A DNA stretch of 64,000 nt from Strigamia acuminata (lineage: Eukaryota), in contig OX442314.1 in NCBI GenBank assembly GCA_949358305.1, forward strand, positions 5,766,001 through 5,830,000, given 5' to 3'. The notes beneath the pieces were generated by a model. The model was not told the origin of the DNA and did not search any database. It saw only the letters and a list, made by a program, of their open reading frames with translations. Made by a program: the position numbers and the translations under genes. Of the stretch, positions 36,880 through 48,150 are shown in pieces (the first letter of the stretch is position 1; each line of letters begins with the position of its first letter).

Positions 36880-39800
36880 TCATCGTAACGGTGAATCACA
36901 TAGTCGCAAATTAATAAAATCCTTTGTGGTGATCAATTTCAAACCACCTGTTGCCTTAGTCATAATATCTGCAGGCATCTCTTCTGTAGACATATAGTTG
37001 ATGTCATAAGTTCCGTCTTGAACATCTTCACGTAAGAATAATACTCTCCTGTGAAAGTGTTTTGTGCGCCCATGGTACTGGGGGTTCTTAGTGAGGGCGA
37101 TGGCGGCTTGATTATCAGAAAAGATTTGAATCGGTCTTTGAATTAAATTGGTCATTTCAAGCTGTTCCAGCAATGATGTTATCCATTTCAGTTCTTTTGC
37201 TAACTCTACCATTGCTACAAATTCCGATTCACATGTTGATAAGGCAATTAGCTTTTGCTTCTTTGATTGCCAAGTGATGGTTGAATTTCCCAGCATGGTG
37301 ATAAATCCTGCATAACTCTTTGCATCAACCGAGGCACTGTTCCAAGATGCATCGGCATATCCTCGCAATAATCCAAATCCCTGAGAATAAATTAACGACA
37401 AATCAGCCGTTCCTTTTAAATAGCGAAGGATCTTCTTTGCTGCTGTCCAGTGAGCGTCATGCGGATTCTGCAACCACTGCGATAGATAGGATACCGCATA
37501 AGCGATATCTGGTCGAGTAGCTTGAGCTAAGTAGGATAAAGAGCCAATTAATTCTCGATAGGGCTCGTTAGTTAATGGTGATCCGAGCGGATAATTAGGG
37601 TCCTCCAGCTTCTGGGATGGGTCCATGGGTGCTCTACTTGTCTTTGCATTCATCATGTTGAATTTAAGCAAGACCTCAAATATATACTTGGATTGGTCCA
37701 ACAAAAGTGCATACGGATGGGTCTGTCGCCTAATCCTGATGCCCAAAATCTCTGTGACTTCTCCAAGGTCGATCAGATTAACTTGCTTCATCACTTTCCC
37801 CATTATCTGATCGAGCATCCGTGTGGCGTTAGTTGCCGGCATCAAATCGTCGACATAAGTGCCCATTATTATGATGTCGGTACCATTTTTCCACAGATGA
37901 ACGCATGGATCAACCACCAACTTCTTAAATCCCGCTTGTGCAAGTACCTTGTTCAGGGCTTCATGCCAAGCGCGGCCTGCCTGAGGTAAACCATAAACTG
38001 CTTTATTTAGGAGCCAAACATCGTTTTCTCGCCCAGGTTGAATAAAACCTTGAGGTTGCTCCATGTAGACTACCTCCTTCAATTTCGCATGAAGGTATGC
38101 TGATTTGACATCGTAGTGCTTGACTATAAAGCCAAACATTGCAGCAATGGCTAAGATAATTCTGATGGTAGCCAATCGAGCCACAGGGGAAAAGGACTCT
38201 GAATAGTCAATGCCCTTGTGGACATTGTAGCCTTGAACAACTAGACGGGCTTTATATTTCTTCTTGAACTTGTATACCCAGCGAGAGCCAATTACTTTTG
38301 CATCCTGTGGTCTTGGAACCAAAGTCCAAGTATTTTGTTGGGTGTGGGAGGCTAATTCCTCTTCCATAGCCTTTACCCATTGGCTTGCCTGGTCAGATGT
38401 CACTGCCTCAGCAAATGTCTTTGGTTCATGTATTGGGACTTCAACCTGTGGGTTGGTGTTCACCACATGTGCTCGCTGGTTCTCCCAACGTTGTGTGCGA
38501 TGCTGTCGCCAATCGATTGCCTGATAAGGCTGGACCTGACGTCGTATCCTTGAAGGATATCTCCGTTCTGGACCCGGTGTCGGTCTGGTGGGTTGTTGAA
38601 AAACAACTGGGGGTTGGGAGCTTACATCTCCCTCAGGTATGTACACCATTTCTGGTTCATGATCAGGTTTTACATTCTGTCCTGATAATAATTCCATTTC
38701 CAATCTGGACTCATTGAACTTAACATCTCGTGCCACAATGATATTATTAGTATCTTGGTCATAAAACTTCCAGCCCGGCTTCAACAAGGGATAGCCCATG
38801 AAAATGACCGGTTTAGCACGAGAATCCAACTTATTCCTATGTTGCTTTGGGACCCATGCGTAAGCAATAGTGCCAAAAATCCTCATATTAGATATATCTG
38901 GTTTTCTTCCAGTAAGTCTTTCATAGGGTGTCTCGCCCGGAAACCTACGTGTTGGTGAGCGATTCATTGCATATGCGGCACATGCCGCAGCTTCAGCCCA
39001 AAACTTGTATGGCAACTTGGAATCATTCAATAGTGTCCTTGTCTTGTCAAGGAGGGATCTATTTGCCCTTTCAGAGACTCTATTTTGGGATGGACTATAG
39101 ATGACGGTAGTTTGATGTTGAATTCCTCTTGTGTCCAAGATTGCCCTGAAGTGTTGATTTAAAAATTCAGTCCCGTTGTCTGAACGGACCATCTTGACTT
39201 TAGCTTCGAACTTATTTTGATGTGTGTCTATAAATTGTTCAAAAACACTCGAAGTCTCAGCCTTTGAGACCAAAAAACGAGGAAACAAACACCTTGAATA
39301 GTCATCTACAATCATGAAGATATACTCTGATCTTCCAATTGAAGGGTGTGGCATGGGACCACACAGGTCTACGTGAAGCATCTGTAGCGGTCCACTGGCT
39401 CTAATTGATGGTGCAGGCAAAAATGGGCTTCTGGTGTGCTTTGCTGTCACACATTCCTCACACAATGTCCATTTATGAACTTTATCAATTGTCATCCCTG
39501 TCACCATATTTTTCTTTACTAAATCCTTTAAGGCACGATTGTTTATGTGTGCCAACCTGCGGTGCCACAACTCTGATCCCGCCAATGAAGGTTGTGATTG
39601 AATAGCCATCACTACTGCTTTGTCTTCCATTGTGGGTGCATTGGGGCTTCTTGCTTGTAATCTGAACAATCCCCGATGGGATGAAGCTTGGAACACTTGT
39701 ACATTGTCAATTGTAGAAACTGTACAGCCACGGGCTGTAACTGCCACTTTATAGCCCAAATTAGTCATTCTGCTTATTGATAACAGGTTACCACTCAATT

Positions 39801-41016
39801 CAGGCACATAATAGGTGTCTTCCAACTTGAGTACTCTGGCTTGGTCACCAAACCAAATATTTAGCATGATTACACCAGTTCCTGATGCTTTAATCTCTCT
39901 GCCATCAGCCAATGAAACCATCTTGGCAAATGAGTCATCTAATGTTGTGAATAAACTCCTGTCTCCACTCATATGTGAAGTTGCACCCGAATCCAGGTAC
40001 CATATGTAAGGGTCAAATTGTTCTTGGTCTATTAAAAGTTCGTTCTCCCTGTCCACATGAGCAGGGTCACTGTCCGTTGCAACAAGAGCGAACTGTGGTG
40101 TTTGATCTTCCACATCTGTCACTCGCTTGGATGTGGACGGTCCAGATGATCCTCGTCCTCGGGGAACCCAAGGTCTTGACCGGGGAGGAAAACCACGATT
40201 GGCAGATGTAGATGGCTGAGTGTCTTGGTTCTGCTGGGGTGGGCGGCGACAATCCACTTGTCTATGGCCTGGAATCCCACAATTCCAACATTTGAGTTGG
40301 GTTCGACCTCTGGCTGGTCTGCCACCTCTGCCTCGTTGATAAGAGGTTACACCTCGTACCCAATTGGCACTCTCCAACTTTGGAGTTGTCTGTTGTGGCT
40401 TTCTTGCTTCCTCAGCCAATAAGGCACGTTGCAAAACTTGAATTGTCATTGCTGCCACTCCCAGTACATCACAGCTGCGTACAACATTAATATAATCAGC
40501 AGTTAATCCTTTCAAGATGTGTGAGCAAAGTTCTGGTTCTTCAGTCACTATTCCCAATGATTGGAGTTCCTGAGCTACTGCTGTGGCACGCCCAATGTAT
40601 TCCAGAATTGTCTCTCTAGGTTTCATCTGAATTCTTCCCAAGTCAGTTTTTAATTGAACTTTTAATTCTGCTAAGACACCTTGGTTCTGGACTTGCAATT
40701 TCTCCCATGCTTCTGCTGCAGTAACAACATTCATCACATATTTCATTTGAGTAGCATCTATTGTGGATAAAATTGTATTCAGCACTTCCACATCTTTAAC
40801 CTGCCATTCATCCAATCTGGTATTGAAAGTTTTCTCATCTTCAGTTATCAATTTAATAGGCATCACAGGTGCTGCAGTTGGATCCCACTTGTGTTTGGAT
40901 CTCAGTAGAATTGCCACTCTAAATTTCCATGCACCATAGTTTCTGCCATTCAACTTCTCAACTGGAATTACAAATTGATCTGCCATCATTTCCTCAGAAA
41001 TAGCACGTAAAATCAA
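36880..41016 (-). CDS. Copia Gag-Pol polyprotein (likely ATG at 40989)
   Basis: Single open ORF: CCHC, WYLDSGA, WHRRLAH..CEEC, DDYSR/SDNGTEF, YVDD, ADIMTK, in PR-IN-RT-RH order. Confidence 0.97.
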   Translation of the reverse strand: MILRAISEEMMADQFVIPVEKLNGRNYGAWKFRVAILLRSKHKWDPTAAPVMPIKLITEDEKTFNTRLDEWQVKDVEVLNTILSTIDATQMKYVMNVVTAAEAWEKLQVQNQGVLAELKVQLKTDLGRIQMKPRETILEYIGRATAVAQELQSLGIVTEEPELCSHILKGLTADYINVVRSCDVLGVAAMTIQVLQRALLAEEARKPQQTTPKLESANWVRGVTSYQRGRGGRPARGRTQLKCWNCGIPGHRQVDCRRPPQQNQDTQPSTSANRGFPPRSRPWVPRGRGSSGPSTSKRVTDVEDQTPQFALVATDSDPAHVDRENELLIDQEQFDPYIWYLDSGATSHMSGDRSLFTTLDDSFAKMVSLADGREIKASGTGVIMLNIWFGDQARVLKLEDTYYVPELSGNLLSISRMTNLGYKVAVTARGCTVSTIDNVQVFQASSHRGLFRLQARSPNAPTMEDKAVVMAIQSQPSLAGSELWHRRLAHINNRALKDLVKKNMVTGMTIDKVHKWTLCEECVTAKHTRSPFLPAPSIRASGPLQMLHVDLCGPMPHPSIGRSEYIFMIVDDYSRCLFPRFLVSKAETSSVFEQFIDTHQNKFEAKVKMVRSDNGTEFLNQHFRAILDTRGIQHQTTVIYSPSQNRVSERANRSLLDKTRTLLNDSKLPYKFWAEAAACAAYAMNRSPTRRFPGETPYERLTGRKPDISNMRIFGTIAYAWVPKQHRNKLDSRAKPVIFMGYPLLKPGWKFYDQDTNNIIVARDVKFNESRLEMELLSGQNVKPDHEPEMVYIPEGDVSSQPPVVFQQPTRPTPGPERRYPSRIRRQVQPYQAIDWRQHRTQRWENQRAHVVNTNPQVEVPIHEPKTFAEAVTSDQASQWVKAMEEELASHTQQNTWTLVPRPQDAKVIGSRWVYKFKKKYKARLVVQGYNVHKGIDYSESFSPVARLATIRIILAIAAMFGFIVKHYDVKSAYLHAKLKEVVYMEQPQGFIQPGRENDVWLLNKAVYGLPQAGRAWHEALNKVLAQAGFKKLVVDPCVHLWKNGTDIIIMGTYVDDLMPATNATRMLDQIMGKVMKQVNLIDLGEVTEILGIRIRRQTHPYALLLDQSKYIFEVLLKFNMMNAKTSRAPMDPSQKLEDPNYPLGSPLTNEPYRELIGSLSYLAQATRPDIAYAVSYLSQWLQNPHDAHWTAAKKILRYLKGTADLSLIYSQGFGLLRGYADASWNSASVDAKSYAGFITMLGNSTITWQSKKQKLIALSTCESEFVAMVELAKELKWITSLLEQLEMTNLIQRPIQIFSDNQAAIALTKNPQYHGRTKHFHRRVLFLREDVQDGTYDINYMSTEEMPADIMTKATGGLKLITTKDFINLRLCDSPLR

Positions 41017-41190
41017 CTAATCAGTCCAGGGCTTAATGTTGCACAGGCTTATCACTCAGGCAATTCTGGGCCTAATTCTCATGGAACATTTAAAACTGCA
41101 TTAAAACTTCAGATTTCCAACCTTTCTTCACAATATGCAATTGTTCAGCCAAAAAAACAGTCCATATTTCACATAATAAATTTGTGTCTG

Positions 41191-41223
41191 GGCTCAGTGG
41201 AAGCGTGCTGGGCCCATAACCCA
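41191..41223 (-). promoter_or_regulatory. PBS complementary to the 5' half of initiator tRNA-Met (extended)
   Basis: + strand GGCTCAGTGGAAGCGTGCTGGGCCCATAACCCA equals tRNAiMet nt ~9-41 with one mismatch, abutting the LTR. Confidence 0.9.
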
Positions 41224-41344
41224 TGAAGAGTCAGATATACAGTGGAGCTTTCATATGTTCATACACTCATCTTGAATTTTTAATAATACACGTTTCATAC
41301 ATAGTTACCAAAATACATTGTTAATTTAAAGTATTGTTCCAACA

Positions 41345-43345
41345 GAAATTTTTTATTTCGGTTAGTTTTTTAAAATATATTTTTTTTAAATTTTCCACCC
41401 AGTTGTCCATTTTCATTACATTACATTACGTTTCGGTCACGGCTTCCGCCAGATGGCGCTCCGGTTTACTTATTATTGTGCCGTAATTTGCTGTTTTTTC
41501 CCTTTTAACTACATTTAATTAAAAAAACTAACGACGCCATCGTTTTCAGCAGCAAATTACACTTAGGAAATCTTATTTAAACATTAAAATTGTTGAGTTT
41601 TAAAAATCAGTCTTTTTCAAATTTCCCACCAAATTTGTCATGTGGTCACCGACTTTGGTGGATCGTAATGGTACTTTTTCTTGACCAAATCGAAAAGTAA
41701 AATACGCAGGCAGGTGGAGATTTTGATTTCCAGTCGAATGAGACTGGTTTAAAAATTTACAAATCTCATTTCGAGATAGAAAAGAGCATTTTTTGGTTTG
41801 CATTTCTGCTTCCATTATTGCGATTTTTAAATCTATTAATTTTTTTATTGTTTGTTATGATGTTAAATGAAAATACATGAAATTTCAGAATAAAAATTCC
41901 AATAGTTTTTGAGAAAAAAAAATAAAAATACTTTTGGAGGTCAAAATTGATCCTAGGTTGGGGTGGGGAGGGATAACCAAGAGGATAGCACCAGTAACTT
42001 CTACCAGAAGAAATGAAACAAAAAGATATATTTTTAGACTTTAAAATATAAGTTTTCAAAAAAAAGAATAATTAATGTTTTAATTGTTTCTTGGAAGTGT
42101 TAAATGTTTTCGTAATATTAATAAGAAAAAAACAACAAAAATGAATAAACAAATCAACAATCAGTTAAAATATAATTTTTGTTGCTAAATCAAACCTTGC
42201 TTCTGTGACCTCGTTAGTGGACATGTGGAAAATGCCCCAAGCCGTTGTTGGCCACCCCTTTGTAGTAAAAAGTAATATAAATAAAAACACACTGCACATG
42301 AGATTCAGTAGCTGCATTCAAAACTAAAAATACAATTTTAGTTTAAGTGTATTTTAAGTTTAAATTTTGATTTTTTTAAATAATTATAATAAATATATAC
42401 TTACAGTTATGAATAAATTATTAATATAGTTTAATTTAATAAATAGGACTGGAGATGATGTCACTTTTTTTAATTGAAGTAAACCACAAAATATTTTAAT
42501 TTTTGAATGCAGCTACTCGTGCCTTATTTTTCCCTCCTAATAACAACACAATCAATCAATTGATCAAAATCAGAATAACTCTTCCAATATGGCGTTAATT
42601 TTATCAATGTTGTTAGATAGAATAAAATGAAATGATTGGTTACAAGAATTGGCGGAATTATTTTGATATTGATTGATTGATTGATTTGTTTATTTGTTCT
42701 TTTCTTAAAAACATGATGAAAACGTTTAATCTTTGAAAAAATCACGAAATTTTATTGAAAATCGGTAAAGTTCATCGGAAATCACCAAAATTTTCAAAAA
42801 TTGCAAAATCTCATCGGAATTTGCTAAATTTCAACGAAATTCCGTCCAAAACTTTTCTCAATAACTTCAATATTTGTGGTCCTGTTTTAACTATAAAAAC
42901 ATCATGTGTATATTAACCAATCGATTTCACCTGAGTTTATATACAATTTGACATAGAAATGAACCAAATACACTTGAAATTGGTCATTTTCATCCAATGA
43001 ACCCACCTATTTTAGTGATCCTTCACCTTGCAAGTTCACAAACATTTAAAACACTTAAAAAACAGCATTCTTTAAATAGTTTTCGATGAAATTTAGTGAT
43101 TTTTGAATGAATTTGTATAAAAATTCGCGTTTTCCGAATAGTTTTCGATGAAAATCACAAAATTTCATCGAAAATCGGTAAAGTTCATCGGAAATCACCA
43201 AAATTTTCAAAAATTGCAAAATCTCATCGGAATTTGCTAAATTTCAACGAAATTCCGTCCAGTTAGAGTTACAAATAAAGGTCACTTTGAATTAAACAAA
43301 CCAAATCGTTCGCTCGAGACTCACAAGCACTTTAAATACACACTA
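41345..43345 (-). repeat. Right inner inverted arm
   Basis: Reverse complement of 34300-36095; includes a ~100-bp duplication (~42750-42848 and ~43160-43260) and extra sequence between the duplicates. Confidence 0.85.
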
Positions 43346-43518
43346 AACTCTATTCCAAAAAGTATTACAAATACTCCCATTGGTTGGTTGGTTGAGACAC
43401 ATTAAAAATCTTCGCACAAGTCTACTGGAATCTGAAAACAGCATCATATTCAAGACACAACTGAACTGTGAATCTCCCAACCAATGGGAGTATTTGTAAT
43501 ACTTTTTGGAATAGAGTT
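43346..43518. mobile_element. 173-bp Tc1/mariner-type MITE
   Basis: Perfect 42-bp TIRs AACTCTATTCCAAAAAGTATTACAAATACTCCCATTGGTTGG; TA duplication confirmed by the empty site (GCGCC-TA-GTGTG) in the left arm at ~34300. Confidence 0.93.
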
Positions 43519-43534
43519 TAGGCGCGTTCAATTT

Positions 43535-43975
43535 CAATTCGCCGTTGGAAACGCAAAACCCTTTCCAATGGCAAATTTCAACCAACACATATTCGTCATT
43601 GGAAACGTTTTTGCGTTTCCAAAGGCGAATTTCAACCTACACGTATTCGCCATTGGAAACGTTTTTGCGTTTCCAACGGCGAATTTCAACCTACACGTAT
43701 TCGCCATTGGGAACGTTTTTGCGTTTCCAACGGCGAATTTCAACCTACACGTATTCGCCATTGGAAACGTTTTTGCGTTTCCAACGGCGAATTTCAACCT
43801 ACACGTATTCGCCATTGGAAACGTTTTTGCGTTTCCAACGGCGAATTTCAATCTACACCTATTCGCCATTAGACACGTTTTTGCGTTTCCAACGGCGAAT
43901 TTCAACACGCACATATTCGCCATTGGAAACGTTTCTGCGTTTCCAATGGCGAATCGGTTACCAATTCGCCATTAG
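43535..43975 (-). repeat. 54-bp tandem array in right foldback arm
   Basis: Reverse complement of the left-arm array, about 6-7 copies. Confidence 0.93.
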
Positions 43976-44114
43976 AAAGGTCCAAAAGCAGTCCCAATGG
44001 CGAATTGGGAGAAATTTGCCATTGGGACTGCTTTGGACAGAATAAAGTCAAAATTCGCCTTTCGTCCGAATGGCCAGATTCGCCCTTGGACGATTCGCCG
44101 TTGGAACGGCACCC

Positions 44115-47100
44115 CTCAAAAAAGATGCTGTTTGGCATTGGAACGAAGCGCAACAAGAAGCTTTTGATTATCTTAAAGATCAAATAGCGACTCCAACGCT
44201 AAAGAGGCGTTTTCCCAGCTGGAAGAAGCCATTCATCCTCCAAACAGATGCAAGCTACTCCGGTTTGGGGTCGGCTTTAATGCAACTAAATGACGCAGGA
44301 GAAAGAATTCCAATAGCTTTCGCTTCTCGTGCACTTAACAGTGCTGAAAAAAACTATAATGTGACTGAAATTGAGTGCCTAGCAGCCGTGTGGGCGGTGA
44401 AACGTTTCCGCGCTTATCTAGAAATGATGCCATTTTATTTAGAGAGTGACCATCGTTCATTAAAGTGGTTATTTCAACAAAGAGAACCAACTGGCCGACT
44501 TGCCCGTTGGGTACTCTCGTTAAGCGAGTACAAATTCACTTTCCTGCACTGCTCAGGATGTAAGAATCGAGTGGCGGACGCCTTAAGCAGAGCACCAGTC
44601 GATCCACCCGAACACGACGAGGAAGATGACAGTCCACTCGTCGATGAAGCCTGTTACACAGCATATTTTGATGACTGTAATCAGTGGCCAGCATTGTCCA
44701 TAATTACTGAGTTGCCAAAAGACATTAATAGACAATTTAAGAAAATGTTCAAAGATAAATTCATTAAATCAACTTTAATTTCAGCCATTTCACCAACTAA
44801 GTCGAAGAAAGGAAAAAGAAAATCCCTCATTCCTCGTCGAATTCCGGGAACTTCAACACCATCAAATGCGCCAACTCAAATTGCGCAACCCACTTCAACA
44901 GCTGCGTCAACGCCAGTCGCGCAACCAACTCAACAGACAACTCCAGTTACAGTACCAGTAATTTCACCTAACTCTCCACCAGTTCGTGTTTCAGTGCCAC
45001 TTCGAGCGCGCAGACAACCTTCGTTGATACCGATATTAACGAAGAAAAGAGGACGACCACGTAAAATTATGATAATTCCAGTGCTCTCCCCTCGCGCCAA
45101 ACGTGCTATTGCGACAAGGACTCGGGCTAGATTAAGAGATCCCACTTTAGTTCCAAAAATATCTCCAAAACTACCGAGATATGGAGCTAATATAAAGAAA
45201 TGGAAACAACCAAAATTATTAAAAGCACAGAGAGTCGGAAAAGGTAAAAGGACGCCGAAAGCACCTCGTTCAGTGATTTCACCCATTCCCACCACCATTC
45301 CTAGTCCTATTCCTGTTCCCATTCCTACTCCTACGCTCCCTGACCAACCCAGTTCTCCAAGCAAATCAGAAATTTCCATTCCTCCAACACCAACTCCCCT
45401 CACTTCAAAACCAAAAGGAATACCCAGGAAATCATCTGGAATCCCTTCTCATATTTTACCTCCTCGTAAAAAACCCGTTACTACACCACTTCCTATTTCC
45501 AAAATACCAACTCCACCAATTCCTAGGCCTAAAGGACGACCCCGAAAGTCAGCTGGAATTCCTTCTCATATTTTGCCACCAAAACCAAAACCTACACCAA
45601 AATCAACGCCTATCCAAATTCCAAATTTTCCGACACCTTCTCCCACACAACCCATCCCAATATCACAATCTCCTATTCCTCCAACCTCTCCTGTGTCTTC
45701 GCCGTCGACGACAACTGATGTGGCACCAACTATGCCACCAGTGTTTGACCCCGGACCAGGACCTTCTGGACAACACCACCCCGATGGATATACTTCCGAG
45801 CCGGACTCTGATACTTCGTCATCAGACACTGACAGTTTTAGTCCAATCCGGGACTTTCCTTCGCCGGTGGAATATCCAGTGCCAAGAGGTGGAATACCTC
45901 GAACTCCGACAAGGTTACGCCCGAGATCTGAACGAACATTTACCGGATCAGACAGAAGGCTCACCGAAGCAGAGCAGCAAGCTGAATTGGAACACGATCC
46001 ACCTATTGAACATCCACCCTTTGAAATGCTGCCAGACGCCGCTGAAATAATAGCCGCACAGAGACAAGATCCATGGTCGCGTGAGTTGATATACTACTTG
46101 ACTGCTCAAATGCTGCCGGTCGATCCAGTCGAAGCTGCGCAAGTTCAAAAAGACGCGCAAAATTTTGGTATGCATAAAGATATGTTGTGTCGTTTTCCAC
46201 CAGTTCATATTAATGAAATACGCAAGAGGCGTCAAATTTATCTCCCCTTGGAGTTGCGCGAACGATATTTCCGCGCAATGCATTACCCTCCTGTAGTGGG
46301 ACACATGGGAAGAGAAAAAACCCTCCATCGTTTAAAGACGCGTGTATATTGGCCTAAAATGAGAGAAGATGTTCAAACATGGATCCAGGTTTGCGAGGCT
46401 TGTCAGCGCGCGAAACCATTAAATCGCCTGCCTTATGGCAAAATGATAATGTCGAGAGCGCGCCACTTGTTCTCCGCAATATACATTGATTACTATGGCA
46501 AGAAACCACGTTCAGTGGGCGGCCATTGCTATGCCTTTGTAATGGTCGATTCAGCGAGTCGTTGGTTAGACGTAAGACTGACGGAAGATTCCACCATTGC
46601 AACTTCAGTTGCGCAAATTCAGAAATTTACGAAACGCTGGGGTTTCCCCAAAATCATTATCAGCGACAATGCCCCCGCGTTCAGGTCACCTGAGTTTCGC
46701 AGCCAAATCCAGCAATTAGGCGCAGTAAACCGCTACACTGCCGCGTACCACCCCCAAGGCAATATTGCCGAACGCCTGAACCAATCCTTAAAAAACTGCA
46801 TTTTAGCTTACATAGACGACCACGACAGGTGGGATGTAAATATCGGTTATTTTGTTTTGGCAATCAATTCGGCGTACCAAATTTCGTTAAAGTATTCTCC
46901 ATTTAAGCTGGTTACCGGCCAAGAAGCCAGATTCCCTGGTGATATTGATAGTGACACAGATGACGGGGAACCTTTACCACCATCTGAGGCTGAAAACCTT
47001 CATGAGCAAATGCGCACCATGCGAGAAAGGGCGATGAACAATTTGCGCGAATCCCAGATCCGCCACAAAAAATGGTTCGATTTAAAACGTCGCGCTCATG

Positions 47101-47417
47101 ACTTTCGCCCTGGCGATTGGGTAACGTTGCGCAATCGACAACCCTCTTCCGCCGACAGACAGTTTGCAGCAGGCTTACGCCAGCGGACTGAAGGAGTCTA
47201 CATCATTCATAAATTGGTGGGCCCCAACACTGTCATCTTAATGGACCAAAATGGCAGAAAAACACAACCGTACAACGTTGTAGAGCTTCGCCATTGGCAT
47301 TTTGCGCAAATTAATTTCCTAACCTTAAAAGATGTCGAAATTATCGACAAGCATGTCGAAAATTATACTGCTAACACACTAGATATTTTCACTGCTTATT
47401 TTCTTTCTTTTAAATAA
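44115..47417 (+). pseudogene. pol: Family B pol, 3' part (RNase H, long Pro/basic linker, integrase)
   Basis: Resumes LKKDAVWHW; TDAS/ADALSR RNase H; H..GH..CEAC, IDYY, SDNA, AERLN integrase motifs; frame otherwise open. Confidence 0.93.
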
Positions 47418-48150
47418 TTTTTCTCTTTATCTTTCAAAAATAAAAAAAAAAGAAAAACAAAAAAAAAAAAAACCCAAAGTAATCCGGTGTAATCCCATCG
47501 TTACTTTAAAGAAAAATTTCATTTATGTTTTTATGTTTCTTTATTCTTAAATATTTTATGTTTTATGTTATTCGTTTTACATTTCTTATTTGTTCATTTC
47601 AAAATTGACTAAGTCCATTTCCAGTGAGGACAAAATTGCCCACTAGAGTGTGACACTTTTAATTGCATTTTCAAAACACCACGTGTTTAAAGTATTTATT
47701 TTCCCAATTTATTATTTCAACCTAGTTATATGTACCTATGTGTGTTTAGATTTGCATATGCTAAACTTTCTCATTGAAGATCAATGTTAAATTTGATTAT
47801 TTCTTCTAGAACATTCATTTACGATCTTTCGTTAACTTCCAATTCCCCACACTAGAGTTCGTCGTTCTATTGAAACAGTTACGACTATAATCTCAAACAC
47901 CCACACTTCATATCCATGTGCTTTTATGACACCTGTAAGAGAAAGTTCTCGAAGCGTTTGACACTCGTGCATTTTTTCTCCCTTGGATTAACATCATGTG
48001 TTGAATCTTGTGTGTTATGTTTTGTGCGCGTTCATAATTTGCGCAATTCTAATTGTAAGTAACGTTTGTGATATGTTCATTGTTTCAATTTGTGTATATA
48101 ACCCCAATGATTGAAATCAATTAGGCACACTTACATCTAGTTGAGACAAC

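Larger units (their letters stand above)
36749..41344 (-). mobile_element. Ty1/Copia LTR retrotransposon (Hemivirus-type priming), full length and young
   Basis: Identical 121-bp LTRs (36749-36869, 41224-41344), 5-bp TSD GAAAT, half-tRNAiMet PBS, PPT GAAGGGCGAGAA. Confidence 0.97.
33612..44114. mobile_element. Foldback (Mutator/FB-like) non-autonomous DNA element with very long inverted arms
   Basis: Inverted termini GGGT(A/G)CC(C)GTTCCAACGGCGAATCG; flanks CTCAAAATT/CTCAAAAAA (degenerate 9-bp TSD); pol rejoins in frame across it; no transposase ORF. Confidence 0.88.

Noticed and set aside
41191..41223. tRNA-Met gene
   Set aside because: Only a 5' part is present, with no T-arm or acceptor stem; it is the Copia PBS
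44070..44114. N-terminus MARFALGRFAVGTAP of the 1115-aa ORF
   Set aside because: Comes from the foldback terminus; pol proper resumes at 44115
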